Below are positions 54,476-63,186 of a stretch of DNA of 64,000 bases, piece by piece. This DNA comes from Candidatus Multivoradales bacterium (lineage in GTDB: Bacteria > Acidobacteriota > Thermoanaerobaculia > Multivoradales > J023). The stretch is taken from contig CBDFNS010000017.1 of NCBI GenBank assembly GCA_965250305.1, positions 52,836 to 116,835 on the forward strand, in the 5' to 3' direction. The notes under the pieces are model-generated. The model was given only the letters and a program-made list of their open reading frames with translations. It was not told the DNA's origin and searched no databases. How positions within the stretch are numbered: position 1 is the stretch's first letter; every line of letters begins with the position of its first letter. Both the position numbers and the translations under genes were made by a program.

Positions 54476-55588
54476 CTACGTACCTGGGTGGCTGTCGTCA
54501 GGGAGCTGCTGTTGGGCGCGCTGGCGCAGCATGTGGTCGGCGAGGGTGATGGCCACCATGGCTTCGGCCATGGGTACGAAGCGGGGCAACAAGCACGGGT
54601 CGTGCCGACCTTTGGTGGCGATGGTGGTGGCGTTCAGGTCGCGATCGATGGTCGCCTGGTCTTGGGGCAAGGAGCTGGTCGGCTTGACGGCACAGCGCAG
54701 CACAATCGGCATGCCCGACGAGATTCCTCCAAGCATGCCGCCATGGCGGTTGGAGCCCGTGCGAACGGTGCCCTCGTCGGCTTGGAAGAGGTCGTTGTTG
54801 GTACTGCCCCTCGCGGTGACGACCCCAAAACCGGCACCGTATTCAACGCCGAGTACCGCCGGCAAGGAGAAGAGGGCTTTCCCTAAATCGGCCTTGAGCT
54901 TGTCGAACACCGGTTCTCCCCAGCCGGCAGGGACCCCAGAAGCAACCACCACGGCGCTACCGCCGATCGAGTCGCGCTCGCTTCGGACTTGCTCGATCAA
55001 GGCAATCATGCGGGCAGCGGCTTCGGCGTTGGGACAACGAACAACGTTGGACTCGACCTGCTCGAGGGTAACGTTGCCGGGCTCGGCAATGGTGGCTTCG
55101 ATGTCGCCGACTTGGTCTACGTATCCAACAATGCGTACGCCGTGTGCCGCTGCCAGCAGCTTCTTCGCCACGGCCCCCGCTGCGACCCGGACGTTGGTCT
55201 CACGCGCGCTCGAGCGTCCGCCACCGCGGTAGTCGCGGAAGCCGTACTTGGCGTCGAAGGTGTAGTCGGCATGACCGGGACGGTATTTCTCTTTGATGGC
55301 GGAATAGTCGCGCGACCGTTGATCGTGGTTTTCAATCAGGATGGCGATGGCGGTGCCGGTCGTGCGGCCCTCGAACACGCCCGAAAGGATGCGTGGCGCG
55401 TCAGCCTCGTTGCGCTGGGTGGTGATGTGCGACTGACCGGGACGGCGGCGTGCCAGGTCCGGTAGCAAGTCATCCACCGAGAGCGGTAGACCCGGGGGAA
55501 CGCCGTCGATGATCACGACGTTGCCCGGTCCGTGGCTCTCGCCTGCTGTCGTAATGCGAAACCGTTGGCCGAAGCTGTTGCCAGACAT
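54476..55588 (-). CDS. aroC: chorismate synthase
   Basis: MSGNSFGQRFRITTAGESHGPG... and RSSARET and GGISSG motifs are present. Confidence 0.95.
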   Translation of the reverse strand: MSGNSFGQRFRITTAGESHGPGNVVIIDGVPPGLPLSVDDLLPDLARRRPGQSHITTQRNEADAPRILSGVFEGRTTGTAIAILIENHDQRSRDYSAIKEKYRPGHADYTFDAKYGFRDYRGGGRSSARETNVRVAAGAVAKKLLAAAHGVRIVGYVDQVGDIEATIAEPGNVTLEQVESNVVRCPNAEAAARMIALIEQVRSERDSIGGSAVVVASGVPAGWGEPVFDKLKADLGKALFSLPAVLGVEYGAGFGVVTARGSTNNDLFQADEGTVRTGSNRHGGMLGGISSGMPIVLRCAVKPTSSLPQDQATIDRDLNATTIATKGRHDPCLLPRFVPMAEAMVAITLADHMLRQRAQQQLPDDSHPGT

Positions 55589-55647
55589 TCCGAGAATCTA
55601 CCAGAAGCTCGAACACGATTCTCATGTTCCTAGGTTCTTGACTTTTA

Positions 55648-55668
55648 TTATGCTCATTGCTAGCATAA
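55648..55668. promoter_or_regulatory. 21-bp palindrome TTATGCTCAttgCTAGCATAA overlapping a TTGACT/TAGCAT promoter (candidate NrtR box 1)
   Basis: The half-sites TTATGCT and AGCATAA are perfect complements. TTGACT lies at 55638-55643 and TAGCAT at 55661-55666, separated by a 17-nt spacer. Confidence 0.5.
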
Positions 55669-55706
55669 GTGACGTCGGCTACCGGTCGACATTTCTTTGG
55701 GTTTCT

Positions 55707-55727
55707 AAATGCTCAACATGAGCATAA
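55707..55727. promoter_or_regulatory. 21-bp palindrome AAATGCTCAacaTGAGCATAA (candidate NrtR box 2)
   Basis: The core ATGCTCA-N3-TGAGCAT is perfect. It has the same consensus as box 1 and lies 59 bp centre to centre from it, 32 nt upstream of the nadA ATG. Confidence 0.5.
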
Positions 55728-55758
55728 TAGTTAAGCAAACAGCGTGAAGGAGCCACTG

Positions 55759-56826
55759 ATGACCTCACTCGCAATCAAGTCTTGGCCGTCCGAGCAACCT
55801 CTTGCGTTTACGCCCGAAGTCGCTGCCGCAACGGCGACGATCTACGACCGGGTTCGCGACGTGATTCCGGCGTTGGAGTGGCCGGTGCATGCGCCGTACA
55901 TCGACGCAATCAATCGGCTCAAGCGCGAGCGCAACGCCATCGTGTTGGCCCACAACTACCAGACACCGGAGATTTTCCACGGCGTGGCCGACTTGACCGG
56001 GGATTCACTGGCCTTGGCGCAGCAAGCGGTGGATGCGGAAGCGGATGTGATCGTGCTTTGCGGCGTCCACTTCATGGCCGAGACCGCCAAGTTGCTGAAT
56101 CCCGCCAAGACGGTGTTGATACCCGACCTGCGCGCGGGGTGCTCTTTGGCAGAGTCGATCACCGGTGACGATGTCCGCCTGCTGCGCCAGAAGTATCCGG
56201 GTGTACCCGTCGTTAGCTACGTCAATACCTCCGCCGACGTGAAGGCCGAGACCGATGTTTGCTGTACCTCAGGCAACGCGGTGGAGGTGGTGGAGTCCCT
56301 GGGTACCGATCGCGTGATCTTCCTGCCGGATGAGTACCTTGGTCAGTACGTGGCCCAGCACACCGATGTCGAGCTGATTCTCTGGAAGGGTCATTGCGAG
56401 GTGCACGAGCGTTTCAACGCGCCGCAGATTCGCAGCTACCGCGACAGCCATCCTGGCATTACGGTCTTGGCGCACCCGGAGTGTCCACCGGACGTGCTGG
56501 CGGAGGCCGATTTCGTGGGCTCGACGGCGGGCATGATCAACCATGTGGGCGACAGTGGCGCCAGCAAGGTCATCATGATCACCGAGTGTTCGATGAGCGA
56601 TAACGTGGCCGTGGCCCATCCCGGTGTCGAGTTCATCCGGCCGTGCAATCTCTGTCCACACATGAAGCAGATCACGCTGCCGAAGATTCTGCGTACGCTA
56701 CAAACGATGGAGCATGCCGTCGAGGTGGATCCGGCCTTGATGGACAAGGCGCGGTTGTCGGTGGAGCGCATGCTGGCGGTCGGTCGGGGTCCCACGGGCG
56801 AGACGGCCATGCGGGGCGCGGCGTGA
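55759..56826 (+). CDS. nadA: quinolinate synthase
   Basis: GAAGGAG lies upstream of the ATG. Motifs are ILAHNYQ, FMAETAK, CPHMK. Confidence 0.95.
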   Translation: MTSLAIKSWPSEQPLAFTPEVAAATATIYDRVRDVIPALEWPVHAPYIDAINRLKRERNAIVLAHNYQTPEIFHGVADLTGDSLALAQQAVDAEADVIVLCGVHFMAETAKLLNPAKTVLIPDLRAGCSLAESITGDDVRLLRQKYPGVPVVSYVNTSADVKAETDVCCTSGNAVEVVESLGTDRVIFLPDEYLGQYVAQHTDVELILWKGHCEVHERFNAPQIRSYRDSHPGITVLAHPECPPDVLAEADFVGSTAGMINHVGDSGASKVIMITECSMSDNVAVAHPGVEFIRPCNLCPHMKQITLPKILRTLQTMEHAVEVDPALMDKARLSVERMLAVGRGPTGETAMRGAA

Positions 56827-58505
56827 GCGGTCTCCGGGCGTTGCCGGTCGGCCCACGGGTCGATGAGGTGATCGCCACCGACGTGGTGATCGTCGGGTCT
56901 GGTGTTGCCGGCCTGAGCACGGCGTTGGCGCTCGGCTCCCATTCGGTACAGGTGCTGACCAAGACCGATAGCCTTGCCGGCGGGTCGAGTCTGTGGGCCC
57001 AGGGCGGTATCGCTGCGGCCATGAGCGAGGAAGACTCGGCGGCCGAACACGCGGCCGACACGCTCGCTGCGGGCGCTGGCTTGAGCGACCCTGACGCCGT
57101 TGATCTGTTGACCCGGAGTGCGGGTCGTCACATTCTTCAGCTGGTGGCACGCGGAGCGCGGTTCGATCATGACGACGCCGGGCGTCTGATTCTGGGGCGG
57201 GAAGGTGCACACAGTCACCGCAGGATTCTTCATGCCAACGGTGACGCCACGGGTGCCGAGATGGTGCGAGCGTTGGTCGCGGCGTTGGTCGCGGAAAAGG
57301 AAGCGCGAGAGGACGGTAGCTTGCGGGTGTTCAAGAGCGCGTTCGCCCAGGATTTGGTACTCGACGACGCGGGGCACGTGACGGGCGTCATGGCGCGTCA
57401 TTCAGACGGACGGCTGGTATTGCATGCAGCATCGGCGGTGGTGCTGGCCACGGGTGGAACGGGGCAGCTCTTTAGGCACACGACCAATCCCACCGAGGCG
57501 ACCGGTGATGGTCTGGCGATGGCCGCGCGCGCAGGCGCTCACCTTGCCGATCTGCCCTTCATTCAGTTTCATCCCACGGCGCTCAACGTCGAAGCCGATC
57601 CGCTGCCGCTTCTGACGGAGGCCTTGCGCGGTGAGGGCGCAATCTTGATTGACGACGCCGGGGAGCGGTTCATGCTGGCCGAGCACCCGCTGGCCGAGCT
57701 TGCGCCGCGCGACGTGGTGGCGCGGGCAATTTGGCGTCGGCAGCAGCAAGGCCAACACATCGCGTTGGATGCCACCAAGGCGGTCGGCGAGGCCTTCCCC
57801 ACCCGGTTTCCCACGGTTTGGGCGGCATGCCGGCGGCACGGTATCGACCCTCGGCACGAGCCCATGCCGGTCACCCCGGCCGCGCACTACGCCATGGCCG
57901 GTATCGCCACCGACGATCTTGGTCGGTCGTCGCTACCCGGTCTTTGGGCCTGCGGTGAGGTGTCGGCGACGGGCGTTCACGGGGCCAATCGGCTGGCCAG
58001 CAATTCACTGCTCGAAGCTCTTGTGTTTGGCGCCCGTGTAGCCGAGGATATTGCAGTGCAGGCATCGGCCGATCTCCAAGGTGAGGTCGCCATGACGGTG
58101 CGCGCCCGTGCCGGGCTGGTACGTCGAGAGCCTTGGCTCGGGGAGTCGACGCCGGAGCATCTTGCCGATCTGCATGAACGTGTGCGTACGTTGATGTGGC
58201 GCCAGGTGGGGCTCGAGCGGACCCGGTCCGGTTTGGTGTCGGCCGAAGCGTGGCTCGCGGGCATGGCAGAGCAGCTGCCGGCCGAGCCGAGTGCCACCCA
58301 CAACCTGATTACGATCGGCCGACTCGTCGCAGCGGGCGCTTTGGTCCGGGAAGAAAGTCGGGGCGCGCATTGCCGACTCGACCATCCGCAAAGCCGGCCC
58401 GCGGCCGCCCAACGATCGTTTTGGAAGTATGCCCCTGAGAGTGAGGGCCTGCCGCTGGTACCAGCGCTCGGTGTTCGGTGTGAGACGCAAAGGGAGATTG
58501 CCTGA
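56823..58505 (+). CDS. nadB: L-aspartate oxidase
   Basis: The GTG start overlaps the nadA TGA. The FAD motif is [12 protein letters not shown], and FHPT and RGEGA motifs are also present. Confidence 0.9.
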   Translation: MSGLRALPVGPRVDEVIATDVVIVGSGVAGLSTALALGSHSVQVLTKTDSLAGGSSLWAQGGIAAAMSEEDSAAEHAADTLAAGAGLSDPDAVDLLTRSAGRHILQLVARGARFDHDDAGRLILGREGAHSHRRILHANGDATGAEMVRALVAALVAEKEAREDGSLRVFKSAFAQDLVLDDAGHVTGVMARHSDGRLVLHAASAVVLATGGTGQLFRHTTNPTEATGDGLAMAARAGAHLADLPFIQFHPTALNVEADPLPLLTEALRGEGAILIDDAGERFMLAEHPLAELAPRDVVARAIWRRQQQGQHIALDATKAVGEAFPTRFPTVWAACRRHGIDPRHEPMPVTPAAHYAMAGIATDDLGRSSLPGLWACGEVSATGVHGANRLASNSLLEALVFGARVAEDIAVQASADLQGEVAMTVRARAGLVRREPWLGESTPEHLADLHERVRTLMWRQVGLERTRSGLVSAEAWLAGMAEQLPAEPSATHNLITIGRLVAAGALVREESRGAHCRLDHPQSRPAAAQRSFWKYAPESEGLPLVPALGVRCETQREIA

Positions 58506-59392
58506 TGACGACCGATCAAGCGGAAACGACGATTCCTACGCTGTTTCCGGTCCAATACGAAGAGCTGCTCCTGGCCGCCCTGCGCGAAGATCTGGGGCGC
58601 GCGGGCGACATTACCAGCAACGCGGTGGTACCGGCCGGCGCTCGCGCCACTGGGGCGATCCGGGCGCGTCGTGCCGGTCGCGTCGCGGGGGTTGAGGTCG
58701 CGGCACGCGTCTTCTCCCTGCTCGACCCCAACGCGACCGTGGTGATCACCGCGCCGGATGGGGCCGATGTCGGCGTCGGCGCGACGATCTTGACCGTCGA
58801 GGGCGATGCGAGGGCGCTGCTCGCGGCCGAGCGAACGGCCCTCAACCTGCTCGGCAGGCTGTGCGGCATTGCCACGACGACCCGCGACCTGGTGGCGAAG
58901 ATCGCGGGGACCGGCGCGCGGGTGGTGGGTACCCGCAAGACGACACCCCTACTGCGCGCGCTCGAGAAACATGCGGTGCGCTGCGGCGGTGGCTCGAGTC
59001 ACCGCTTTGGGCTCGACGACGCGGTATTGATCAAAGACAACCATCGGGCCCTGGCCGGCAGCGCCGCCGAGGCCGTACGTCGGGCTAAGGCAGCAGTCGG
59101 TCACATGGTCAAGATCGAAGTCGAGATCGACAGCCTGGCCGAATTGGCACCAGCGCTCGAGATGGGTGTCGATGCGGTGTTGCTCGACAACATGAACCCC
59201 GACCAACTACGCGAGGCTGTTGCGATCAACAAGGCCGTGGGCGGCGGTCGCACCATCCTCGAAGCCTCTGGCGGCATTACCCCCGACACCGCCCGCGCCA
59301 TGGCCGAGACCGGTGTCGATGTGCTGTCGCTCGGTTGGCTCACCCACAGCGCGCCTGGGCTCGACATCGGTTTAGACTTCGACGCGGGGTAG
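58505..59392 (+). CDS. nadC: nicotinate-nucleotide diphosphorylase (carboxylating)
   Basis: The start forms an ATGA overlap with nadB. Motifs are TRKTTPLLRALEKHAVRCGGG and IEASGGIT. Confidence 0.9.
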   Translation: MTTDQAETTIPTLFPVQYEELLLAALREDLGRAGDITSNAVVPAGARATGAIRARRAGRVAGVEVAARVFSLLDPNATVVITAPDGADVGVGATILTVEGDARALLAAERTALNLLGRLCGIATTTRDLVAKIAGTGARVVGTRKTTPLLRALEKHAVRCGGGSSHRFGLDDAVLIKDNHRALAGSAAEAVRRAKAAVGHMVKIEVEIDSLAELAPALEMGVDAVLLDNMNPDQLREAVAINKAVGGGRTILEASGGITPDTARAMAETGVDVLSLGWLTHSAPGLDIGLDFDAG

Positions 59393-59561
59393 GCTTCCGG
59401 GAACCGGGAGACCATGCGCGCCAAGCGTGGGCCGCCCGAGCGGTACGACTACTACAACCCGGCCGTGCGAATCGAGCAAAGGCCGCGGCGTTTCAAGATC
59501 GTTAGTGGAGTCGGCAGATTGGGTTGCGGAGTAGAGGTACAGGATATGAACGTAGCCTGGA

Positions 59562-61688
59562 CTAGCTGGAAACGTCAGACGGAATCTGAGAAGTCTCTAG
59601 CGCGTCGATGTGGCCGCGAATGGTCTCTGATTCTGGGATGCCCAAGCGATCGGTGTCGCGTAGAGCCGCACGGAGCAACCCGATCGCGGCTCGCTGCTCC
59701 CCTTGCTGAGTCAAGATCAATGCGATTTTTGCCATCGTGATGGCTCGGGAACGGACGTCGCCCAACTGGTCGTAGACGGGTAGCGATTCTTCACGCCTGA
59801 TCCTGAGCGCCTCGTCGAGTTCACCTCGACTAGCGAGAATGTCCGCGATCTTTCCCATTGTGATGGCTCGGGAACGGACGTCGCCCAACTGGTCGTAGAC
59901 GGGTAGCTCTTCTTCACGCCTGATCCTGAGCGCCTCGTCGAGTTCACCTCGACTAGCGAGAATGTCCGCGATCTTTCCCATTGTGATGGCTCGGGAACGG
60001 ACGTCGCCCAACTGGTCGTAGACGGGTAGCTCTTCTTCACGCCTGATCCTGAGCGCCTCGTCGAGTTCACCTCGACTAGCGAGAATGTCCGCGATCTTTC
60101 CCATTGTGATGGCTCGCTCACGGACGTCGCCCAACTGGTCGTAGACGGGTAGCGATTCTTCACGCCTGATCCTGAGCGCCTCGTCGAGTTCACCTCGACT
60201 AGCGAGAATGTCCGCGATCTGTCCCATTGTGATGGCTCGCTCACGGACGTCGCCCAACTGGTCGTAGACGGGTAGCTCTTCTTCACGCCTGATCCTGAGC
60301 GCCTCGTCGAGTTCACCTCGACTAGCGAGAATGTCCGCGATCTTTCCCATTGTGATGGCTCGCTCACGGACGTCGCCCAACTGGTCGTAGACGGGTAGCG
60401 ATTCTTCACGCCTGATCCTGAGCGCCTCGTCGAGTTCACCTCGACTAGCGAGAATGTCCGCGATCTTTCCCATTGTGATGGCTCGCTCACGGACGTCGCC
60501 CAACTGGTCGTAGACGGGTAGCTCTTCTTCACGCCTGATCCTGAGCGCCTCGTCGAGTTCACCTCGACTAGCGAGAATGTCCGCGATCTTTCCCATTGTG
60601 ATGGCTCGGGAACGGACGTCGCCCAACTGGTCGTAGACGGGTAGCTCTTCTTCACGCCTGATCCTGAGCGCCTCGTCGAGTTCACCTCGACTAGCGAGAA
60701 TGTCCGCGATCTTTCCCATTGTGATGGCTCGCTCACGGACGTCGCCCAACTGGTCGTAGACGGGTAGCGATTCTTCACGCCTGATCCTGAGCGCCTCGTC
60801 GAGTTCACCTCGACTAGCGAGAATGTCCGCGATCTGTCCCATTGTGATGGCTCGGGAACGGACGTCGCCCAACTGGTCGTAGATGGGTAGCGATTCCTCG
60901 TACAGGAGCCTAAGTGCCGCGGAAGGATCGCCACGGGTGGCGAGGACCTTGGCGATGTGGCTCATTGCATGCGCTTCGCCTCGGCGATCATCGAGATCTT
61001 TGTAGCCCATTGCCGCGGCTTCGAAGTTCTCGAGCGCTTGGCCGAGGTCTCCCAGATCGGACAATAGTTGGCCGCGCTCGACGAGGAGATCCAGGTCAGC
61101 CGAGTGACTGAGAGATTCCATCTTTTCGAGATGCGAACCGATCTCTCGAATTCGTCGTCGCCGCTGAGGCGCCGGTGCCTCGCCGCGGCTTATCGGTTGG
61201 CCAACAGGCAGCTTCTCGGTCAGCTCGGGGTCACGGCCAAGGTCAAAGACTCCGCTGCGCCACGCCCAAAAGTCGGGCGCTTCGAGTGCAAAGGTCCTGA
61301 CGGCACCGCGAGGAATCCAGAATAGTAACGGTACGGAACAGCTCTCCGCGATCTGTTCGCGATGGTAATTGAAGGCTTGCCATAACTTGTCATGGCCATG
61401 CGGCCAGGACTCGAGACCCACGACGTGGACAGGCGCTTGGTTGTGCGCGGCGAGCGCCAACTGTTGCTCGAAGGCCGCAAAGTCACCTTCGAACTCGCTT
61501 GCATCCACACGGCCACTCCATGCCCACGATCGCTCTGAATGGCGAATCACGCGGTCGCGATAGCTCGAATCGTTGAACTCGAGGATCACCAGGGTGAAGC
61601 CTCGACGCCCTCGAATTAAACGTTCGAGACGTAGGAGTGGGCCCGAGTGCGCCGACTCGAGATCCCAAAGCAAGGCCTCATCGGGCAT
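59562..61688 (-). CDS. TPR-repeat protein: unknown ~190-aa N-terminal domain plus an array of 41-aa TPR_10/12-like repeats
   Basis: The 708-aa ORF overlaps the upstream ATPase gene by 11 nt. Nine near-identical repeats plus two degenerate ones have the unit LPVYDQLGDVR[E/S]RAITMG[K/Q]IADILASRGELDEALRIRREE[E/S]. Confidence 0.8.
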   Translation of the reverse strand: MPDEALLWDLESAHSGPLLRLERLIRGRRGFTLVILEFNDSSYRDRVIRHSERSWAWSGRVDASEFEGDFAAFEQQLALAAHNQAPVHVVGLESWPHGHDKLWQAFNYHREQIAESCSVPLLFWIPRGAVRTFALEAPDFWAWRSGVFDLGRDPELTEKLPVGQPISRGEAPAPQRRRRIREIGSHLEKMESLSHSADLDLLVERGQLLSDLGDLGQALENFEAAAMGYKDLDDRRGEAHAMSHIAKVLATRGDPSAALRLLYEESLPIYDQLGDVRSRAITMGQIADILASRGELDEALRIRREESLPVYDQLGDVRERAITMGKIADILASRGELDEALRIRREEELPVYDQLGDVRSRAITMGKIADILASRGELDEALRIRREEELPVYDQLGDVRERAITMGKIADILASRGELDEALRIRREESLPVYDQLGDVRERAITMGKIADILASRGELDEALRIRREEELPVYDQLGDVRERAITMGQIADILASRGELDEALRIRREESLPVYDQLGDVRERAITMGKIADILASRGELDEALRIRREEELPVYDQLGDVRSRAITMGKIADILASRGELDEALRIRREEELPVYDQLGDVRSRAITMGKIADILASRGELDEALRIRREESLPVYDQLGDVRSRAITMAKIALILTQQGEQRAAIGLLRAALRDTDRLGIPESETIRGHIDALETSQIPSDVSS
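59741..60897 (-). repeat. tandem 123-bp coding repeats, ~9.4 units, nearly identical at the nucleotide level
   Basis: The unit start gtcgcccaactggtcgta recurs at 59757, 59880, 60003 and onward with an exact 123-nt period. Differences are confined to three codons per unit. Confidence 0.95.
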
Positions 61689-63048
61689 TTCGATCCAGAC
61701 CGGCGCCTTGGTAAGCCGCCAAGGTGCGAACCACCGGGTGGCTTCGCCACCAATACGTGTTGTATTCGAGAAGCGCTAGGTTGTAAAGAAGATGCCGAGC
61801 GCGGGCGGAGTTGTGCTCCACCGTTGGTTCATCATCGATCTCGCGAAGTAGGGCATAGTCTTCCGCGTTGAGGAACTGTCGATAGTCGGTGGCAAGGTTG
61901 TGAACAGCCCGTTCCGCAGCGGGTCGGTCGAGACGGTCGTGCTTGGTGTGCTCGAACGTGTACTGAATCAAACGCAACAGGTCTCGCGGATGGCCTCCCG
62001 AGTGCGCGACCAAGTAGTCCGCCGTCTGCAGATCGTCGAACAACTCGGCGGGAGCGCGATGAAAAAGAATTTTGCGCACTGCCTCGGTGCCGGTTTCGTT
62101 CGCGCTGCCATCTCGATTCGAGATCTTGATCATCGGCAACTTGAAGGTCGCGGTATAGCTTTCTTTGAGCGAAATGCCGCCATGGAGAAGTTGGATTGGC
62201 GTGCTGTAGAGAAACATCGCATCGATTAGCTGCAGTTGATGGACGTCCTTGACGAAGAAGGACTCGGCGTCGTCGCCCCGCAGACGATCGGTGCCGTCGA
62301 CCAGGAAGAGAACCCGGCTTCCCAAGTCCCGTTCCAAGCAGGCTTGCTCTGCGGCCTGAATCAACTGGTTGAACGCCAGGGCAAATTCCGAGAAATGGTT
62401 GCGAACAACCCGCCTCAGTTCTTCCTTGTATGTCGAGTTGATCCGAAAGGCCGTCGTCAACTCGGCGAACAGTTTGCTCAGAAAAGGAATACCACCTTCA
62501 GCCTTGGCCCCGGCCTTGACCTCGACGGCGAATTGCCGGGTGGCCTCGTGCTTCTCGACCCGTTCGTCGAACCAGGTGATGAGTCGGCTCAAATGAACCG
62601 GTTCGAGCATGACCCCCCGCTCGTCCAGCTGACGTAAGAGCGCTTCCGCCAGTGCCAAAAGCACATCTTGGTACTGCAAGTTATTGGGGTCAAGTGACTT
62701 CGCCGCGTCGAGGAAGATCGCGAAGAAGAGATCGGGCTGGTCGAGCCTTTGATGAACCCGCCGGAGCTCGGTGCTCTTGCCGCAACCCCGATGACCACAG
62801 AAGAGAACATAGGCGCGTGGTGGCGCACCGCGCAGAGACCAGTCTCGAGAATCGACTCCGAGGCTTCGGTACAGTGGCGTGAAACTGAACTCGCCGCGAG
62901 CAGCCGCGGTGTCGACCCAGCGCTCGTCATCCGGCGCCAATGGCTCGTCGAACTGAAGTCGCTGGTTGACTTCCCAAATGTCTTTCGGTGGATCGGATGA
63001 GCGATGCCGTTCGGAGATCATGGGTTTATTGTAGCGAACCCAATCCAT
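61678..63048 (-). CDS. P-loop NTPase, ORC/Cdc6- or STAND-like AAA ATPase
   Basis: Walker A is FCGHRGCGKST, Walker B is VLFLVDGTDRL and the sensor-2-like motif is AHSGGHPRDLLRLI. The gene is visibly more AT-rich than the neighbouring nad operon. Confidence 0.7.
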   Translation of the reverse strand: MDWVRYNKPMISERHRSSDPPKDIWEVNQRLQFDEPLAPDDERWVDTAAARGEFSFTPLYRSLGVDSRDWSLRGAPPRAYVLFCGHRGCGKSTELRRVHQRLDQPDLFFAIFLDAAKSLDPNNLQYQDVLLALAEALLRQLDERGVMLEPVHLSRLITWFDERVEKHEATRQFAVEVKAGAKAEGGIPFLSKLFAELTTAFRINSTYKEELRRVVRNHFSEFALAFNQLIQAAEQACLERDLGSRVLFLVDGTDRLRGDDAESFFVKDVHQLQLIDAMFLYSTPIQLLHGGISLKESYTATFKLPMIKISNRDGSANETGTEAVRKILFHRAPAELFDDLQTADYLVAHSGGHPRDLLRLIQYTFEHTKHDRLDRPAAERAVHNLATDYRQFLNAEDYALLREIDDEPTVEHNSARARHLLYNLALLEYNTYWWRSHPVVRTLAAYQGAGLDRNAR

Positions 63049-63186
63049 TCGGTGTTCTTGCCGCCCATGGCCGCGCGCATCGAGCGTCCGCCGCAGCGGT
63101 TCGAGATCAGTGACTGACGCAGTAAGGCGCTTCCCTCAGCGGGCGTGCCCTGCTACGGTACGCGCGTTTCAGCCAAGGAGCCGCCA

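Noticed and set aside
55589-55758. A possible NAD+-I (nadA motif) riboswitch upstream of nadA. That RNA class is known mainly from Acidobacteria.
   Set aside because: I could not find the conserved C-rich internal-loop signature (ACANCCCC-type) or two tandem bulged stems. The conspicuous elements are AT-rich DNA palindromes that overlap a promoter, which fits protein operators better. A covariance-model scan with RF03013 would settle it.
59717-60934. The regular 123-bp repeats look at first glance like a CRISPR-like array. The track also lists a second long ORF (405 aa) in another frame here.
   Set aside because: The units abut directly, with no unique spacers, and are 123 bp long. They translate into a coherent TPR-like 41-aa repeat in the 59562-61688 frame. 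The alternative-frame ORF is Ser/Arg/Trp-rich and is a by-product of the repeat having no stop in that frame.
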